DNA of 43,037 bases from an uncultured Chitinophagales bacterium (GTDB taxonomy: Bacteria > Bacteroidota > Rhodothermia > Balneolales > HLUCCA01): positions 1-43,037 of the forward strand of contig CAYVRS010000002.1 in assembly GCA_964454075.1 (NCBI GenBank). Reading direction: 5' to 3'. Under the pieces are notes generated by a model. That model saw only the letters and a program-made list of their open reading frames with translations. It ran no database searches and was not told the origin of the DNA. Position numbers and translations under genes: made by a program. How positions within the stretch are numbered: the first letter of the stretch is position 1; every line of letters begins with the position of its first letter. Below are positions 32,018 to 40,425 of the stretch, in pieces.

Positions 32018-32145
32018 ACACTGTCCGCAAGTTTCACTTAAAAACACGCAAATAGACACCCGGAATCGTTCTCAATCGGCCCCAATCGCCGATTTTGGCA
32101 GAACTTCGAGCGATAGGAGTCTATGAAAACTTGCGGACAGTGTAC
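32014..32145. repeat. Intergenic repeat element, copy B (17-bp perfect inverted terminal boxes flanking 92 bp)
   Basis: acactgtccgcaagttt (32018-32034) and its exact reverse complement aaacttgcggacagtgt (32127-32143). The interior is homologous to copy A. Fills the convergent gap between the oxidoreductase and the M28 peptidase. Confidence 0.75.
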
Positions 32146-32154
32146 ATATACTTC

Positions 32155-33516
32155 TTACAAATCGCGGAGGTTGGCGTCGATGGCGGCCGCCGCATAGGCC
32201 AGGATGGCCATCGCCTTGGCGCATTCTTCGACGTCGCTGCGGTCGAGCTTGTTGACGGTGTCGGAATGCGTATGATGGTACCAGAAATATCGCGTTCCAT
32301 CCACGTTCAAACCCGCCATGGGTACGGCTCCGGCCCGGTTCAGCGGACCGATGTCGGCTCCACCTCCTCCCCTTGAAATCACGCCCGCGCCGATCGGCTC
32401 CAGCAAGGTCCCGATCTCTTTCATGGCTTCGAAGGCCTTGTCTGATCCCGTGAATCCGAATCCGATCGGATCGAACACTCCCGAATCCGACTCGATGGCC
32501 AAGGCATGCTTCTCCAACTCGCCTCGCACACTCACACTGTCTTTATAGACTTCCCCGCCACGAAGGCCGTTCTCCTCATTCGTCCAGAACACCAGTCGGA
32601 TGGTTCGTTTCGGCCGGATTCCAGCCTCTTTCATCGCCCGAAGCGCTTCCCAAGCCACGAAACAGCCGCCGGCATCGTCCATCACGCCTTGGCCGACATC
32701 CCATGAATCGATGTGTCCGCCGAAGACCACGATCTCATCCGGTTTTTCGGAGCCGCGGATCTCCGCGATGATGTTCCTGGACATGGCATCCTCCTTCATC
32801 TCCGCATCCATCTGCAGATGCACGCGGATGGGGCGGCCGCGGAGCGCGTCGCGATGCAGCCATTCGGCGTCTTCGATCGAGATCTGAGCCCCCGGAATCG
32901 GCTTCACGCCTTCTTCATAGCGCGTGGTTCCGGTGTGTGGCGATTGCATGGAATACGGACCCACCGCACGCAGCAAGACCGCCACGGCACCGAGTTTGGA
33001 GGCTTCGATGGGGCCGCGTCCACGATACTGGACCGTGGCGCCATAGGTCGTGAACGGCACGTTGAACAGGACGATTTTTCCAGGAACCTCCGCCGCGCGG
33101 GCGGTGAGCTCATCGAACGACGACACCACGATCACGTCCGCCGTGATGCCCGCCGGACCCGTACCCACGCTGTTCCCCATCCCCAGCGTTGGAAGCGTCC
33201 GCTTCATGGGTGTGAGCAAGGTCAGTGATTCGTTTCCGCGGACCCAATGCGGCACCATGACCGGCTGTTCTTCGATCCGGTCGAAGCCGTCTTTGTTCAG
33301 TTCGGAGACGATCCAATCCAACGATTCCTCCAACATCCTGGAGCCGCTGAGGCGTTGCGGATAGGTGTCTGCGAAGTATAGGAGGCGGTTCCACATCACA
33401 TCGCCGGATGCGGTGGTTTCAGCCAGTTTCGCGGCGTTGGCGCGGTGTTCCGCGGTGAGGTGTTGCGCCGGCAAGGCCATGGGCAACAAGAGGAAAACGA
33501 ATAAGAGGTGTTTCAT
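32155..33516 (-). CDS. M28-family aminopeptidase (secreted)
   Basis: Signal peptide MKHLLFVFLLLPMALPAQ. Zinc ligand regions GGHIDSWDVGQGVMDDAGG, WTNEENGLRG and YHHTHSDT. Confidence 0.82.
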   Translation of the reverse strand: MKHLLFVFLLLPMALPAQHLTAEHRANAAKLAETTASGDVMWNRLLYFADTYPQRLSGSRMLEESLDWIVSELNKDGFDRIEEQPVMVPHWVRGNESLTLLTPMKRTLPTLGMGNSVGTGPAGITADVIVVSSFDELTARAAEVPGKIVLFNVPFTTYGATVQYRGRGPIEASKLGAVAVLLRAVGPYSMQSPHTGTTRYEEGVKPIPGAQISIEDAEWLHRDALRGRPIRVHLQMDAEMKEDAMSRNIIAEIRGSEKPDEIVVFGGHIDSWDVGQGVMDDAGGCFVAWEALRAMKEAGIRPKRTIRLVFWTNEENGLRGGEVYKDSVSVRGELEKHALAIESDSGVFDPIGFGFTGSDKAFEAMKEIGTLLEPIGAGVISRGGGGADIGPLNRAGAVPMAGLNVDGTRYFWYHHTHSDTVNKLDRSDVEECAKAMAILAYAAAAIDANLRDL

Positions 33517-33520
33517 GGTT

Positions 33521-33528
33521 CGAAAATA
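33521..33528 (-). promoter_or_regulatory. Candidate -7 promoter box TATTTTCG, 4 nt upstream of the M28 peptidase ATG (leaderless geometry)
   Basis: Minus strand reads ccggTATTTTCG-aacc-ATG. Confidence 0.45.
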
Positions 33529-33580
33529 CCGGATTCGCCCTGATTGAAGAAAAAGTTTGTGGGCTACAAAAAAGCCTTGC

Positions 33581-33588
33581 TATATTGA
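33581..33588 (+). promoter_or_regulatory. Candidate -7 promoter box TATATTGA for the orphan plus-strand transcript
   Basis: gccttgcTATATTGAaaac, preceded by TTG motifs at 33557-33559 and 33577-33579. Confidence 0.35.
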
Positions 33589-33592
33589 AAAC

Positions 33593-33678
33593 AGAATTAC
33601 CGGGGTCCTGACTACCGGTTGGGGTGGAGAGTCCGTTGGATGGGGGTCTGGCGGGAATACTCCACCCCTCTTTTTTTT
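33593..33678 (+). ncRNA. Candidate small RNA or 5' leader (about 86 nt) ending in an intrinsic terminator
   Basis: Small hairpin ACCGG...CCGGT (33599-33619), then a 9-bp stem ggggtggag/ctccacccc (33621-33668) followed by a run of eight T (33671-33678). No plus-strand gene lies upstream for it to terminate. Confidence 0.4.
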
Positions 33679-33698
33679 ATGGAAACCTCGTATGTTCA

Positions 33699-33724
33699 AA
33701 GGCGCTCCGCGGGGCGCCTTTTTT
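33699..33724 (+). terminator. Second intrinsic-terminator-like hairpin just upstream of the M16 peptidase gene
   Basis: Stem aaggcgc/gcgcctt with an 8-nt loop, followed by a T run (ttttttg). Confidence 0.55.
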
Positions 33725-33764
33725 GTTTATGGACGAACTTCTCAACATTCAACCTGACGATCTT

Positions 33765-36521
33765 ATGATCCTGAAAACCCTTGCAACCTTGGCCATCGGA
33801 ACTGTAGTGGCCGCATCCGCATCCGCACAAACCATCCCAACGAGCTTTGAGAAGGTCCGCGAAGTCGGTGGCATCACCGAATACAAGCACACCGGCAACG
33901 GGCTGACCGTCTTGCTGATGGAAGACCGCTCCGCTCCCGTGGTCACGGTGATGGTGACCTACCTGGTGGGTTCACGCAATGAAGTGACCGGTACCACCGG
34001 TGCCACACACCTTCTGGAACATCTCATGTTCAAGGGCACCGACAAATACAACCGCGCCAACGGCACGGGGATGGATGCGCTGCTTCAGAACCGCGGGGCG
34101 CTTTTGAACGCCACCACGTGGCTCGACCGCACCAACTATTACGAAAATCTTCCGGCCCAGCATCTGGAACTGGCGCTCGACATCGAGGCTGACCGCATGA
34201 GGAATCTCTGGCTCCGCGACGAGGACCGTCAGCCGGAAATGACCGTGGTTCGCAACGAATTCGAGATCGGGGAGAACAACCCCATCCAGTCCTTGTCGAA
34301 AGACATCGTGGCCACCGCCATCCAGGCGCATCCCTACCATCACTCGACCATCGGATGGCGTTCGGACATCGAGAATGTGCCCATCGAGAAGCTCCGCGAG
34401 TTCTACGACACCTTCTATTGGCCCAACAACGCCACATTGACGGTGATCGGCGATTTCAAGACGGCTGACGCGCTCAAGCTTGTCGACCAGTATTATGGGG
34501 TGATTCCGCGCTCGCCGCATCCCATCCCCACCGTATACACCACTGAGCCGCAGCAACGCGGACCCCGACGTGTCCAAGTGAAACGCGCCGGACAAGTCGG
34601 TGTGGTCGGCATCGCCTTCAAGACGCCGGAAGGATTGCATAAGGATGCCGCCGCCGTCACCATCATGGCCGATGTTCTCGCATCGGGCCGCACGTCGCGC
34701 CTGTATCGCGGCCTGGTCGACAAAGGCCTCGTCAACAGCGTGTCGATGGGCTTCACACGGTTCCGTGATCCGTATCTGACGACGGTGAACGCCGTGCTCA
34801 ATCCGGGTGGAAGCCATCAGCCGGTCGAAGATTCGATCTGGGCGCACATCAACGAATTCAAAGCCAATGGCGTGACCCAGGAGGAAGTGGACCGTGCCGT
34901 GAACCGCTATCTCACCCGCACCGCGTTCAGTCGCGACGGATCGTTCTCGATCGCCGGAAGTCTCAACGAAGCCATCGCCGTGGGCGATTGGACGACCTAT
35001 GTCACCTTCAGCGATCAGATCAAAGCCGTGACTCCGGACGATGTGAAGCGTGTGGCGAACCAATATCTGATGGAAGACCAAAGCACCACGGGATGGTTCA
35101 TTCCTCAGGTGCCGGGACGGATGCCGCGTCCGGCGCAAGGCGCCAGCAGCTGGCAGGAGGAGGCCGATTCGCCGTTCTTCTACCGTGATCCGAGCGAATC
35201 CGAATCCGCGGCAGGCGGCGATTTGAGCGCCATGGCGTTTCAAGCCAACGAGCCGAGCGCCATCGCACCGAATGTGGTGAGCCGCAACGTGGGCGACATC
35301 CGCGTGCTTTCCTTGAAAACCTCCGTGACGGATGTGGTGACGTTGACCGGTTCCTTCGCCGCCGGTTCGACCTTGAACCCGGCCGGGAACTCCCTCGTGG
35401 CCGCTCTCACCGCCCAGATGCTGGACAAAGGCACCACGAGCCGCGACAAGCTCGCCATCGCCACCGCATTGGAGAACATCGGGGCATCCATCAATTTCAG
35501 CGGCGGAACCCACACCTTGAATTTCTCTGCACGGTTCCTGAAAAAAGACATGGACCTGGTGCTTGAGCTGCTCGCCGACCAACTCCGCAATCCGAAATTC
35601 GACGAGGCGGAATTGGCCCGTCTCAAAGTTCAGATCAACGGCGCGCTGCGTCGCCAGCTGGACGATCCCGGATCGATGGCCTCCAGCGCGATGTCCCGAA
35701 TCCTCTTCCCGAAAGGACATCCGAACTACACCGACTCGGTCGAAACCACCATGGCGCATCTTGAGGCCATCACCGTCGACGACCTCAAAGCCTTCCATAA
35801 GGCCTACTACGGACCTAAATCGATGGTTATCGTGGCGGTAGGCGACATCGACTCCCGTGCGTTCCAGCAAGCGGTGCAAACCCGCTTCCGCGGTTGGAGA
35901 GGAGGCGTCGCCATTCCGAAATTCGCGTTGAAAGGCACCCCGGTGCCAGCCCGTGACGAAGTCGTCTTCATGCCGGACAAAACCAGCGCCACCTACCGGG
36001 TCGGCATTCCGATCGGCATCGGAAACACGCATCCGGACTACCTGCCGCTGTACATTGGCGCGTATGTGTTGGGAGGGAACTTCTCGGCACGCCTGATGTC
36101 CACCGTACGCGACCAGGAAGGCCTCACGTATGGCATCAGCTCGGCCATCGCCGGAGCGAGCGCCTTCGCTGACGGGCTCTTCATCACCCAGGCCAGCTTC
36201 TCGCCGCAGCTGCTGGACAAGGGCGCGGAGTCGACGCAGCGCCAACTCAAGCTTTGGATCGAGCAAGGCATCTCGCAGGAAGAGCTTGATGCCAAGAAAT
36301 CGACCATCGCCGGCATGCACCAGGTGCAATTGGCGACGACATCAGGGTTGGCCGGAAGCCTTCTGAACTACGCCCAAGACGGTCGTGGCGTGAAATACAT
36401 CGACCAATACGTGGCCGATGTGAACGCGGTGACCTTGGATCAGGTGAACGACGCCATCCGCCGGTACATCCGACCAGAAAACCTGGTCGTCATTACGGCC
36501 GGGACGGTGGAACGGAAGTGA
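33765..36521 (+). CDS. M16-family zinc metallopeptidase (pitrilysin-like, duplicated two-unit polypeptide), secreted
   Basis: Inverted zinc motif HLLEHLMFKGT (HxxEH) followed by NATTWLDRTNYYE. A second M16 unit follows, without the zinc motif. Start chosen at MILKTLATLAIGTVVAASASAQ (signal peptide); alternative ATG at 33729. Confidence 0.85.
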   Translation: MILKTLATLAIGTVVAASASAQTIPTSFEKVREVGGITEYKHTGNGLTVLLMEDRSAPVVTVMVTYLVGSRNEVTGTTGATHLLEHLMFKGTDKYNRANGTGMDALLQNRGALLNATTWLDRTNYYENLPAQHLELALDIEADRMRNLWLRDEDRQPEMTVVRNEFEIGENNPIQSLSKDIVATAIQAHPYHHSTIGWRSDIENVPIEKLREFYDTFYWPNNATLTVIGDFKTADALKLVDQYYGVIPRSPHPIPTVYTTEPQQRGPRRVQVKRAGQVGVVGIAFKTPEGLHKDAAAVTIMADVLASGRTSRLYRGLVDKGLVNSVSMGFTRFRDPYLTTVNAVLNPGGSHQPVEDSIWAHINEFKANGVTQEEVDRAVNRYLTRTAFSRDGSFSIAGSLNEAIAVGDWTTYVTFSDQIKAVTPDDVKRVANQYLMEDQSTTGWFIPQVPGRMPRPAQGASSWQEEADSPFFYRDPSESESAAGGDLSAMAFQANEPSAIAPNVVSRNVGDIRVLSLKTSVTDVVTLTGSFAAGSTLNPAGNSLVAALTAQMLDKGTTSRDKLAIATALENIGASINFSGGTHTLNFSARFLKKDMDLVLELLADQLRNPKFDEAELARLKVQINGALRRQLDDPGSMASSAMSRILFPKGHPNYTDSVETTMAHLEAITVDDLKAFHKAYYGPKSMVIVAVGDIDSRAFQQAVQTRFRGWRGGVAIPKFALKGTPVPARDEVVFMPDKTSATYRVGIPIGIGNTHPDYLPLYIGAYVLGGNFSARLMSTVRDQEGLTYGISSAIAGASAFADGLFITQASFSPQLLDKGAESTQRQLKLWIEQGISQEELDAKKSTIAGMHQVQLATTSGLAGSLLNYAQDGRGVKYIDQYVADVNAVTLDQVNDAIRRYIRPENLVVITAGTVERK

Positions 36522-37149
36522 CGGGCTGAAGAATCTCCCGCAGGGTCCTGTCCAAGGCCTCAAACGGCAGGTACCCGCGGGCGATCAGATACCCTTGGTC
36601 TTGGTGGAACACCACTACCGACGGAAATCCTTGGATTCCCCATTTCGCGGATTGCGCGAAGTCTTTGTTCGCCACCATCTCGTAGTGCGGGAACTCCATC
36701 CGTTTGATGAACTCGTCGGCATCGAGTCCGAACGACTCGGCCAAAGTCCGGTACTGCTCGGTCACCATCGGCTCCATTCCGTCCACATAAATGGCCTGCT
36801 GCAGGGCCGCCGCAAACTCGACGGAACGGCCCGGCGCCAGATCTCGGGACACCGCCAAGGCCACGGAGGGTTTGAGCGAGCCCATCACCATGTCGCCTTG
36901 CTCGAGCTTCGACCAGAAAGCCTCGCCGAAACGGACACCGGTGGTCTCTTCAAGCCGTGCCCGGCTGCCTTGGATGATGTGGGAGAACGTGCGGATGGGA
37001 CCGACACGGTCGCCAAGCACCATCCCGCCCGAGATGACGTCGAAGTCGACCTCCTCTTTCCAGGCGTCGTGCAAGGCGGTGATGGTCGGGCTCATGCCGA
37101 AACACCAACCGCAAATCGGGTCGAAGATGTATAAAAGCTTCGGTTTCAT
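36493..37149 (-). CDS. DsbA-family thioredoxin-fold protein
   Basis: CxxC active site in IFDPICGWCFG near the N-terminus; length and helical insertion are typical of the DsbA/FrnE-like family. Its 3' end overlaps the M16 gene by 29 nt (convergent). Confidence 0.72.
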   Translation of the reverse strand: MKPKLLYIFDPICGWCFGMSPTITALHDAWKEEVDFDVISGGMVLGDRVGPIRTFSHIIQGSRARLEETTGVRFGEAFWSKLEQGDMVMGSLKPSVALAVSRDLAPGRSVEFAAALQQAIYVDGMEPMVTEQYRTLAESFGLDADEFIKRMEFPHYEMVANKDFAQSAKWGIQGFPSVVVFHQDQGYLIARGYLPFEALDRTLREILQPVTSVPPSRP

Positions 37150-37503
37150 GGTTGCCGTTACAACCGACCCAATCCGGCTATCGTTCCGGGCTTCGAGTAT
37201 TCATTTCATGCTTATTTGTCGGCAGAAATTCACTTGAGGGCCATTTCTGTGGACTTCCGACTTCCGCTTAAGTGCGTTTCGGATGTCCCGGTCTCTGACG
37301 TTCCATATCATCAACCACAGCCATGAAACCGCTGAAAATCCCACTATTCCTCGTTGGGATGCTTGCTACGGAACCGCCTTCGGGCCGCCCTCGGGCATCT
37401 ATCCGTACCGCTTGGAGACCGTCGGGAAAACGTTGCAATGCAAACTCACGCTCATCAAATGAGAAGTTGTCAATTTGAATGGAGTGATCCCCGGAAGGAT
37501 GGG

Positions 37504-37511
37504 TACATTTG
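37504..37511 (+). promoter_or_regulatory. Candidate -7 promoter box TACATTTG, 3 nt upstream of the TPR kinase ATG (leaderless geometry)
   Basis: Exact TAnnTTTG match: gggTACATTTG-gtt-ATG. This supports ATG 37515 rather than the TTG at 37509 as the start. Confidence 0.5.
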
Positions 37512-37514
37512 GTT

Positions 37515-39407
37515 ATGGGTACCATCCTTCTGGGAATTCTTCTTTCCCTGAACATCGCTGCCGCCGACACGTCGGACATCCACCGGAAACTCCGTGAGGC
37601 TTCCGCCTTGATGGATTCCAGGCCGGATTCCGCCTTGAATCTCGCGAAAGACGCCTTGGAGGTGTCCACCCGCATCGGCTACGAAGATGGCATCGGTTCC
37701 GCATGGATGCACATCGGCATCGCGGAACACTTGACTGGTCTCAGTTCGGGAGACGACCAGCTCAATCAGGCGATCGAGAGGTTCAAGGCATCCGGAAACG
37801 ACACGCTTCTGGCTTGGGCGAACCTCAATCTGGCCAATTTCTATGTCGATCGCGGCGATTATGTCGGCGCCGCAGAACATCTGCAGCAAGCCCTGATTCT
37901 GTTTGAAGCGCTGGGCATTCAACGTGGCATCAGCGCCGCATCCCTCAATCTGGCCGAAATCCGAATGAATCTGGGTCAGATCGATAAGGCGTTGGAGATG
38001 AGTCGGATAGCCTTGGCCACCTATGAGGCGATCGACGACATCCGGGGGAAATCTCTGGCGAAATACCGACTTGGCAATCTCTACATTCTTATGGGCGATG
38101 TGGCGACTGCAATCCCCTACTTGCAGGATGCGCTTACCATCGCGGAATCACGGGGCGACGACCGACAGACAGGAAACCTTCTCGAATCCTTGGGCTTGGC
38201 CCATGTCCGCCTCGGCGACCTGGATAAGGCATTGGTCCATTACCGCCGCTCACTCGACATCCGCCGGCTCATCGACGATGAAATCGAACTCAGCGGATCG
38301 TACAACGGCATCGCGAGCGTGTTGCAACGTCAAGGGAAATCGCGGGAAGCTCTCGTGTATGCGGAGACGGCGTTCCGCGAATCCAAGGCCCAGAATCTGC
38401 CGAAGGCGAACGCGGAAGCCACGCGCTTGCTGTATGAGATCCACAAGTCGTTGGGAAATCTGAGCGCTGCGCTGACGTATCTGGAGACCTATCAGGCCAC
38501 ATACAGTGAACTGCTTTCCGCAGAGAATGCCACTACGATCGCCAACCTGGAAGCGGAGACGGAGCTTCGGCGGAAAAAGGAACAGATCGATCTACTCGCG
38601 AAGCAACGTTGGCTGGAGCGTATCGTGCTGGGCACTGTCCTTGTCCTGCTGATGCTGACGGGCGGGTTTCTGGCATACATCCACCGGGAACGGCAGCGGG
38701 TGATGGCGATGGCGGATGAACTCGAGCGCGTCGGTCACCAGAAGGACCGTATCTTGTCCATCGTGTCGCACGATCTTCGCGGACCCTTGGCCAGCCTGGC
38801 TTCGGTGTTGGAGCTTCTCGACCTCAAGCTCCTCACGGAGGATGATTGGAAAGAGCTGAAACCGAGCTTGGTGCGTCAGTTCTCGGGTACCGACGAGACC
38901 TTGCAGGATCTGTTGGTCTGGGCGAAAGGGCAGTTCGAAGGGGCGGATCCACGCATCCAACCACACTGCCTCTGCGACGTGGTGAATGTCTGCGAAGAAC
39001 TGCTCGATGTGGTGGCGCGTCAGAAGCATGTCACGATTGTGAACGATGTGAGTCCGAATACGATGGTGATGTGCGACCGCTCCCACCTTCTGGCCATTCT
39101 TAGGAATCTGCTCACCAATGCGGTCAAATTCTCCAAGCCCGGACAGACCGTCACCGTGATCGACGGCATCACCGACGGGATGAGGATTGTTTCGGTGCGC
39201 GATGAAGGCGTGGGGATGTCCCCCGCACAGCGAGACAAGCTGTTCGAAGGGGCCGGGACCACCACGAGAGGCACAGCCGGCGAGATCGGAAGCGGCATCG
39301 GACTGGTCTTCGTCCGCGACCTGGTTCAGCGGAACAATGGCCGCATCTTCGTGGAAAGCGCGGAGGGCAAGGGCAGCGTGTTCTCGGTCGCCTTGCCGAT
39401 GCCATAA
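37515..39407 (+). CDS. TPR-repeat sensor histidine kinase
   Basis: N-terminal signal/anchor. About 7 TPR-like repeats (..LNLANFYVDRGDYVGAAEHLQQAL.. and others). Transmembrane helix IVLGTVLVLLMLTGGFLAYI. H box SIVSHDLRGPL, N box LLTNAVKFS, G1 box RDEGVGM, G2 box GSGIGL. Confidence 0.88.
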   Translation: MGTILLGILLSLNIAAADTSDIHRKLREASALMDSRPDSALNLAKDALEVSTRIGYEDGIGSAWMHIGIAEHLTGLSSGDDQLNQAIERFKASGNDTLLAWANLNLANFYVDRGDYVGAAEHLQQALILFEALGIQRGISAASLNLAEIRMNLGQIDKALEMSRIALATYEAIDDIRGKSLAKYRLGNLYILMGDVATAIPYLQDALTIAESRGDDRQTGNLLESLGLAHVRLGDLDKALVHYRRSLDIRRLIDDEIELSGSYNGIASVLQRQGKSREALVYAETAFRESKAQNLPKANAEATRLLYEIHKSLGNLSAALTYLETYQATYSELLSAENATTIANLEAETELRRKKEQIDLLAKQRWLERIVLGTVLVLLMLTGGFLAYIHRERQRVMAMADELERVGHQKDRILSIVSHDLRGPLASLASVLELLDLKLLTEDDWKELKPSLVRQFSGTDETLQDLLVWAKGQFEGADPRIQPHCLCDVVNVCEELLDVVARQKHVTIVNDVSPNTMVMCDRSHLLAILRNLLTNAVKFSKPGQTVTVIDGITDGMRIVSVRDEGVGMSPAQRDKLFEGAGTTTRGTAGEIGSGIGLVFVRDLVQRNNGRIFVESAEGKGSVFSVALPMP

Positions 39408-39413
39408 ACGAAA

Positions 39414-39447
39414 AGAGGCTTGCGCACATCTCCGCACGCAAGCCTCT
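39414..39447. terminator. Hairpin terminator shared by the convergent kinase gene and tRNA-Leu
   Basis: 11-bp perfect stem agaggcttgcg/cgcaagcctct. The T-rich tail (cttttcgttt) is only on the minus strand, so it is clearest as the tRNA-Leu terminator. Confidence 0.65.
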
Positions 39448-39450
39448 CAG

Positions 39451-39534
39451 TGCCCTGGACTGGACTTGAACCAGCATGCCGTTTCCAGCACCACCCCCTC
39501 AAGATGGCGTGTCTACCAATTTCACCACCAGGGC
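39451..39534 (-). tRNA. tRNA-Leu (anticodon GAG), type II, CCA not encoded
   Basis: Reverse complement reads GCCCTGG...CCAGGGC-A (acceptor stem). Anticodon loop TT-GAG-GG closed by CCATC/GGTGG. Long variable arm TGCTGGAAACGGCAT. T arm GCTGG-TTCAAGT-CCAGT. Confidence 0.9.
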
Positions 39535-39544
39535 ATCGGGGACA

Positions 39545-39552
39545 CAAAGATA
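39545..39552 (-). promoter_or_regulatory. Candidate -7 promoter box (ccg)TATCTTTG, 10 nt upstream of the mature tRNA-Leu 5' end
   Basis: Minus strand reads ccgTATCTTTGtgtccccgat|GCCCTGG, an exact TAnnTTTG match. Confidence 0.55.
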
Positions 39553-39569
39553 CGGTGATTCGGCTTCGA

Positions 39570-39607
39570 GTGAAAGTGTGGAAATGCGGAAATGTGAAAG
39601 TGTGGAA
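39570..39607 (+). repeat. 14-bp direct repeat GTGAAAGTGTGGAA x2 (24-nt period) containing a box-like GTGGAAATGCGGA
   Basis: Copies at 39570-39583 and 39594-39607. 39578-39590 is the reverse complement of TCCGCATTTCCAC, similar to the box variant at 30320-30330. An 8-bp inverted repeat TGTGGAAG/CTTCCACA follows (39601-39608 and 39622-39629). Confidence 0.7.
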
Positions 39608-39660
39608 GCGTTAAAGCGTATCTTCCACAACAAACAACAAAACATCCACAACGAACGAGC

Positions 39661-40425
39661 ATGCGCCTCAACCGATACATCTCCAATTCCGGGATCTGCT
39701 CCCGCCGCGAAGCCGATACGCTCATCACTTCCGGTGTGGTCCAGATCAATGGCAAGGTGGTCGCCGAACTCGGCACCCAGGTTGAAAAGGGCGACAAGGT
39801 GAGCGTCCGCGGTGCGGTCATCAATCCCGAATCGTTCCAGTACATCCTGCTTCACAAGCCGAAAGACACCATCACCACCACCGACGACGACCGTGGTCGC
39901 AAGACCGTCATGGATCTGGTGGAGGATGTCGAGAATGTTCGACTTTACCCGGTAGGCCGACTCGACCGCAACACCACCGGCGTTCTGTTGATGACCAATG
40001 ACGGCGATCTCGCCCATCGGCTGATGCACCCGAGCTATGAAGTCCGCAAACGGTACGATGTGGAGACCGCCATGGAGATCACCGACGACCAGATCTCCCA
40101 GCTCCGCCGTGGCGTGACCTTGGACGACGGCCCTGCCGCCGCGTATTTCATCGAGCGCATCAACGGGATGCCGAACCAGATCCGCCTGTCGATCCACGAA
40201 GGCCGCAACCGCCAGGTCCGCCGCATGATCGAGGCCGTGGGGCATGAGGTCGTCCATCTGCATCGTTCCGATTATGCCGGACTCAGTGTCAAAGGCGTCC
40301 GCCCCGGACGCTGGCGCAAATTGTCCGAAAAAGAACTCAACGAACTCCGTTCTTTGGTTAAATTAGTGAAGCCCGAAGCCAAACGAACCGATGCCCATCG
40401 TCCCGGTAAAAAAACACGCAGGTAA
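39661..40425 (+). CDS. Pseudouridine synthase, RsuA/RluB/RluF family (S4 domain plus catalytic domain)
   Basis: S4 domain MRLNRYISNSGICSRREADTLITSGVVQINGK. Catalytic Asp motif PVGRLDRNTTGVLLMTNDGDLAHRL. C-terminal basic tail. Confidence 0.88.
   Translation: MRLNRYISNSGICSRREADTLITSGVVQINGKVVAELGTQVEKGDKVSVRGAVINPESFQYILLHKPKDTITTTDDDRGRKTVMDLVEDVENVRLYPVGRLDRNTTGVLLMTNDGDLAHRLMHPSYEVRKRYDVETAMEITDDQISQLRRGVTLDDGPAAAYFIERINGMPNQIRLSIHEGRNRQVRRMIEAVGHEVVHLHRSDYAGLSVKGVRPGRWRKLSEKELNELRSLVKLVKPEAKRTDAHRPGKKTRR

Noticed and set aside
26802-32039. A genomic island integrated at tRNA-Ser, bounded by the direct repeat boxes.
   Set aside because: There is no integrase, recombinase or mobility gene. 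The cargo is ordinary metabolism. The boxes also occur in inverted orientation and as promoter-proximal variants. I kept it only as a low-weight alternative within a finding.
33680-33770. A small ORF between the two terminators (ATG at 33680, about 29 codons, METSYVQRRSAGRLFCLW...) as a leader peptide.
   Set aside because: Its sequence is largely dictated by the terminator hairpin it spans. It has no regulatory codon run such as a His or Trp tract, and it runs out of frame into the M16 signal peptide region. Leader-peptide attenuation cannot be excluded, but nothing here supports it.
37217-37235. A possible further box copy, tgtcggcagaaattcactt, in the DsbA-like / kinase spacer.
   Set aside because: Only the TGTC..GCA and TTCACTT ends match, and several substitutions plus an insertion are needed. 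This is too weak to count without a statistical motif model.
37323-37478. A 51-codon ORF (MKPLKIPLFLVGMLATEPPSGRPRAS...) in the 365-bp spacer upstream of the TPR kinase.
   Set aside because: After a signal-like start the sequence is R/S/P-rich and low in complexity. There is no -7 box at leaderless spacing and I recognise no homology. It is probably non-coding, though the long spacer itself is unexplained.
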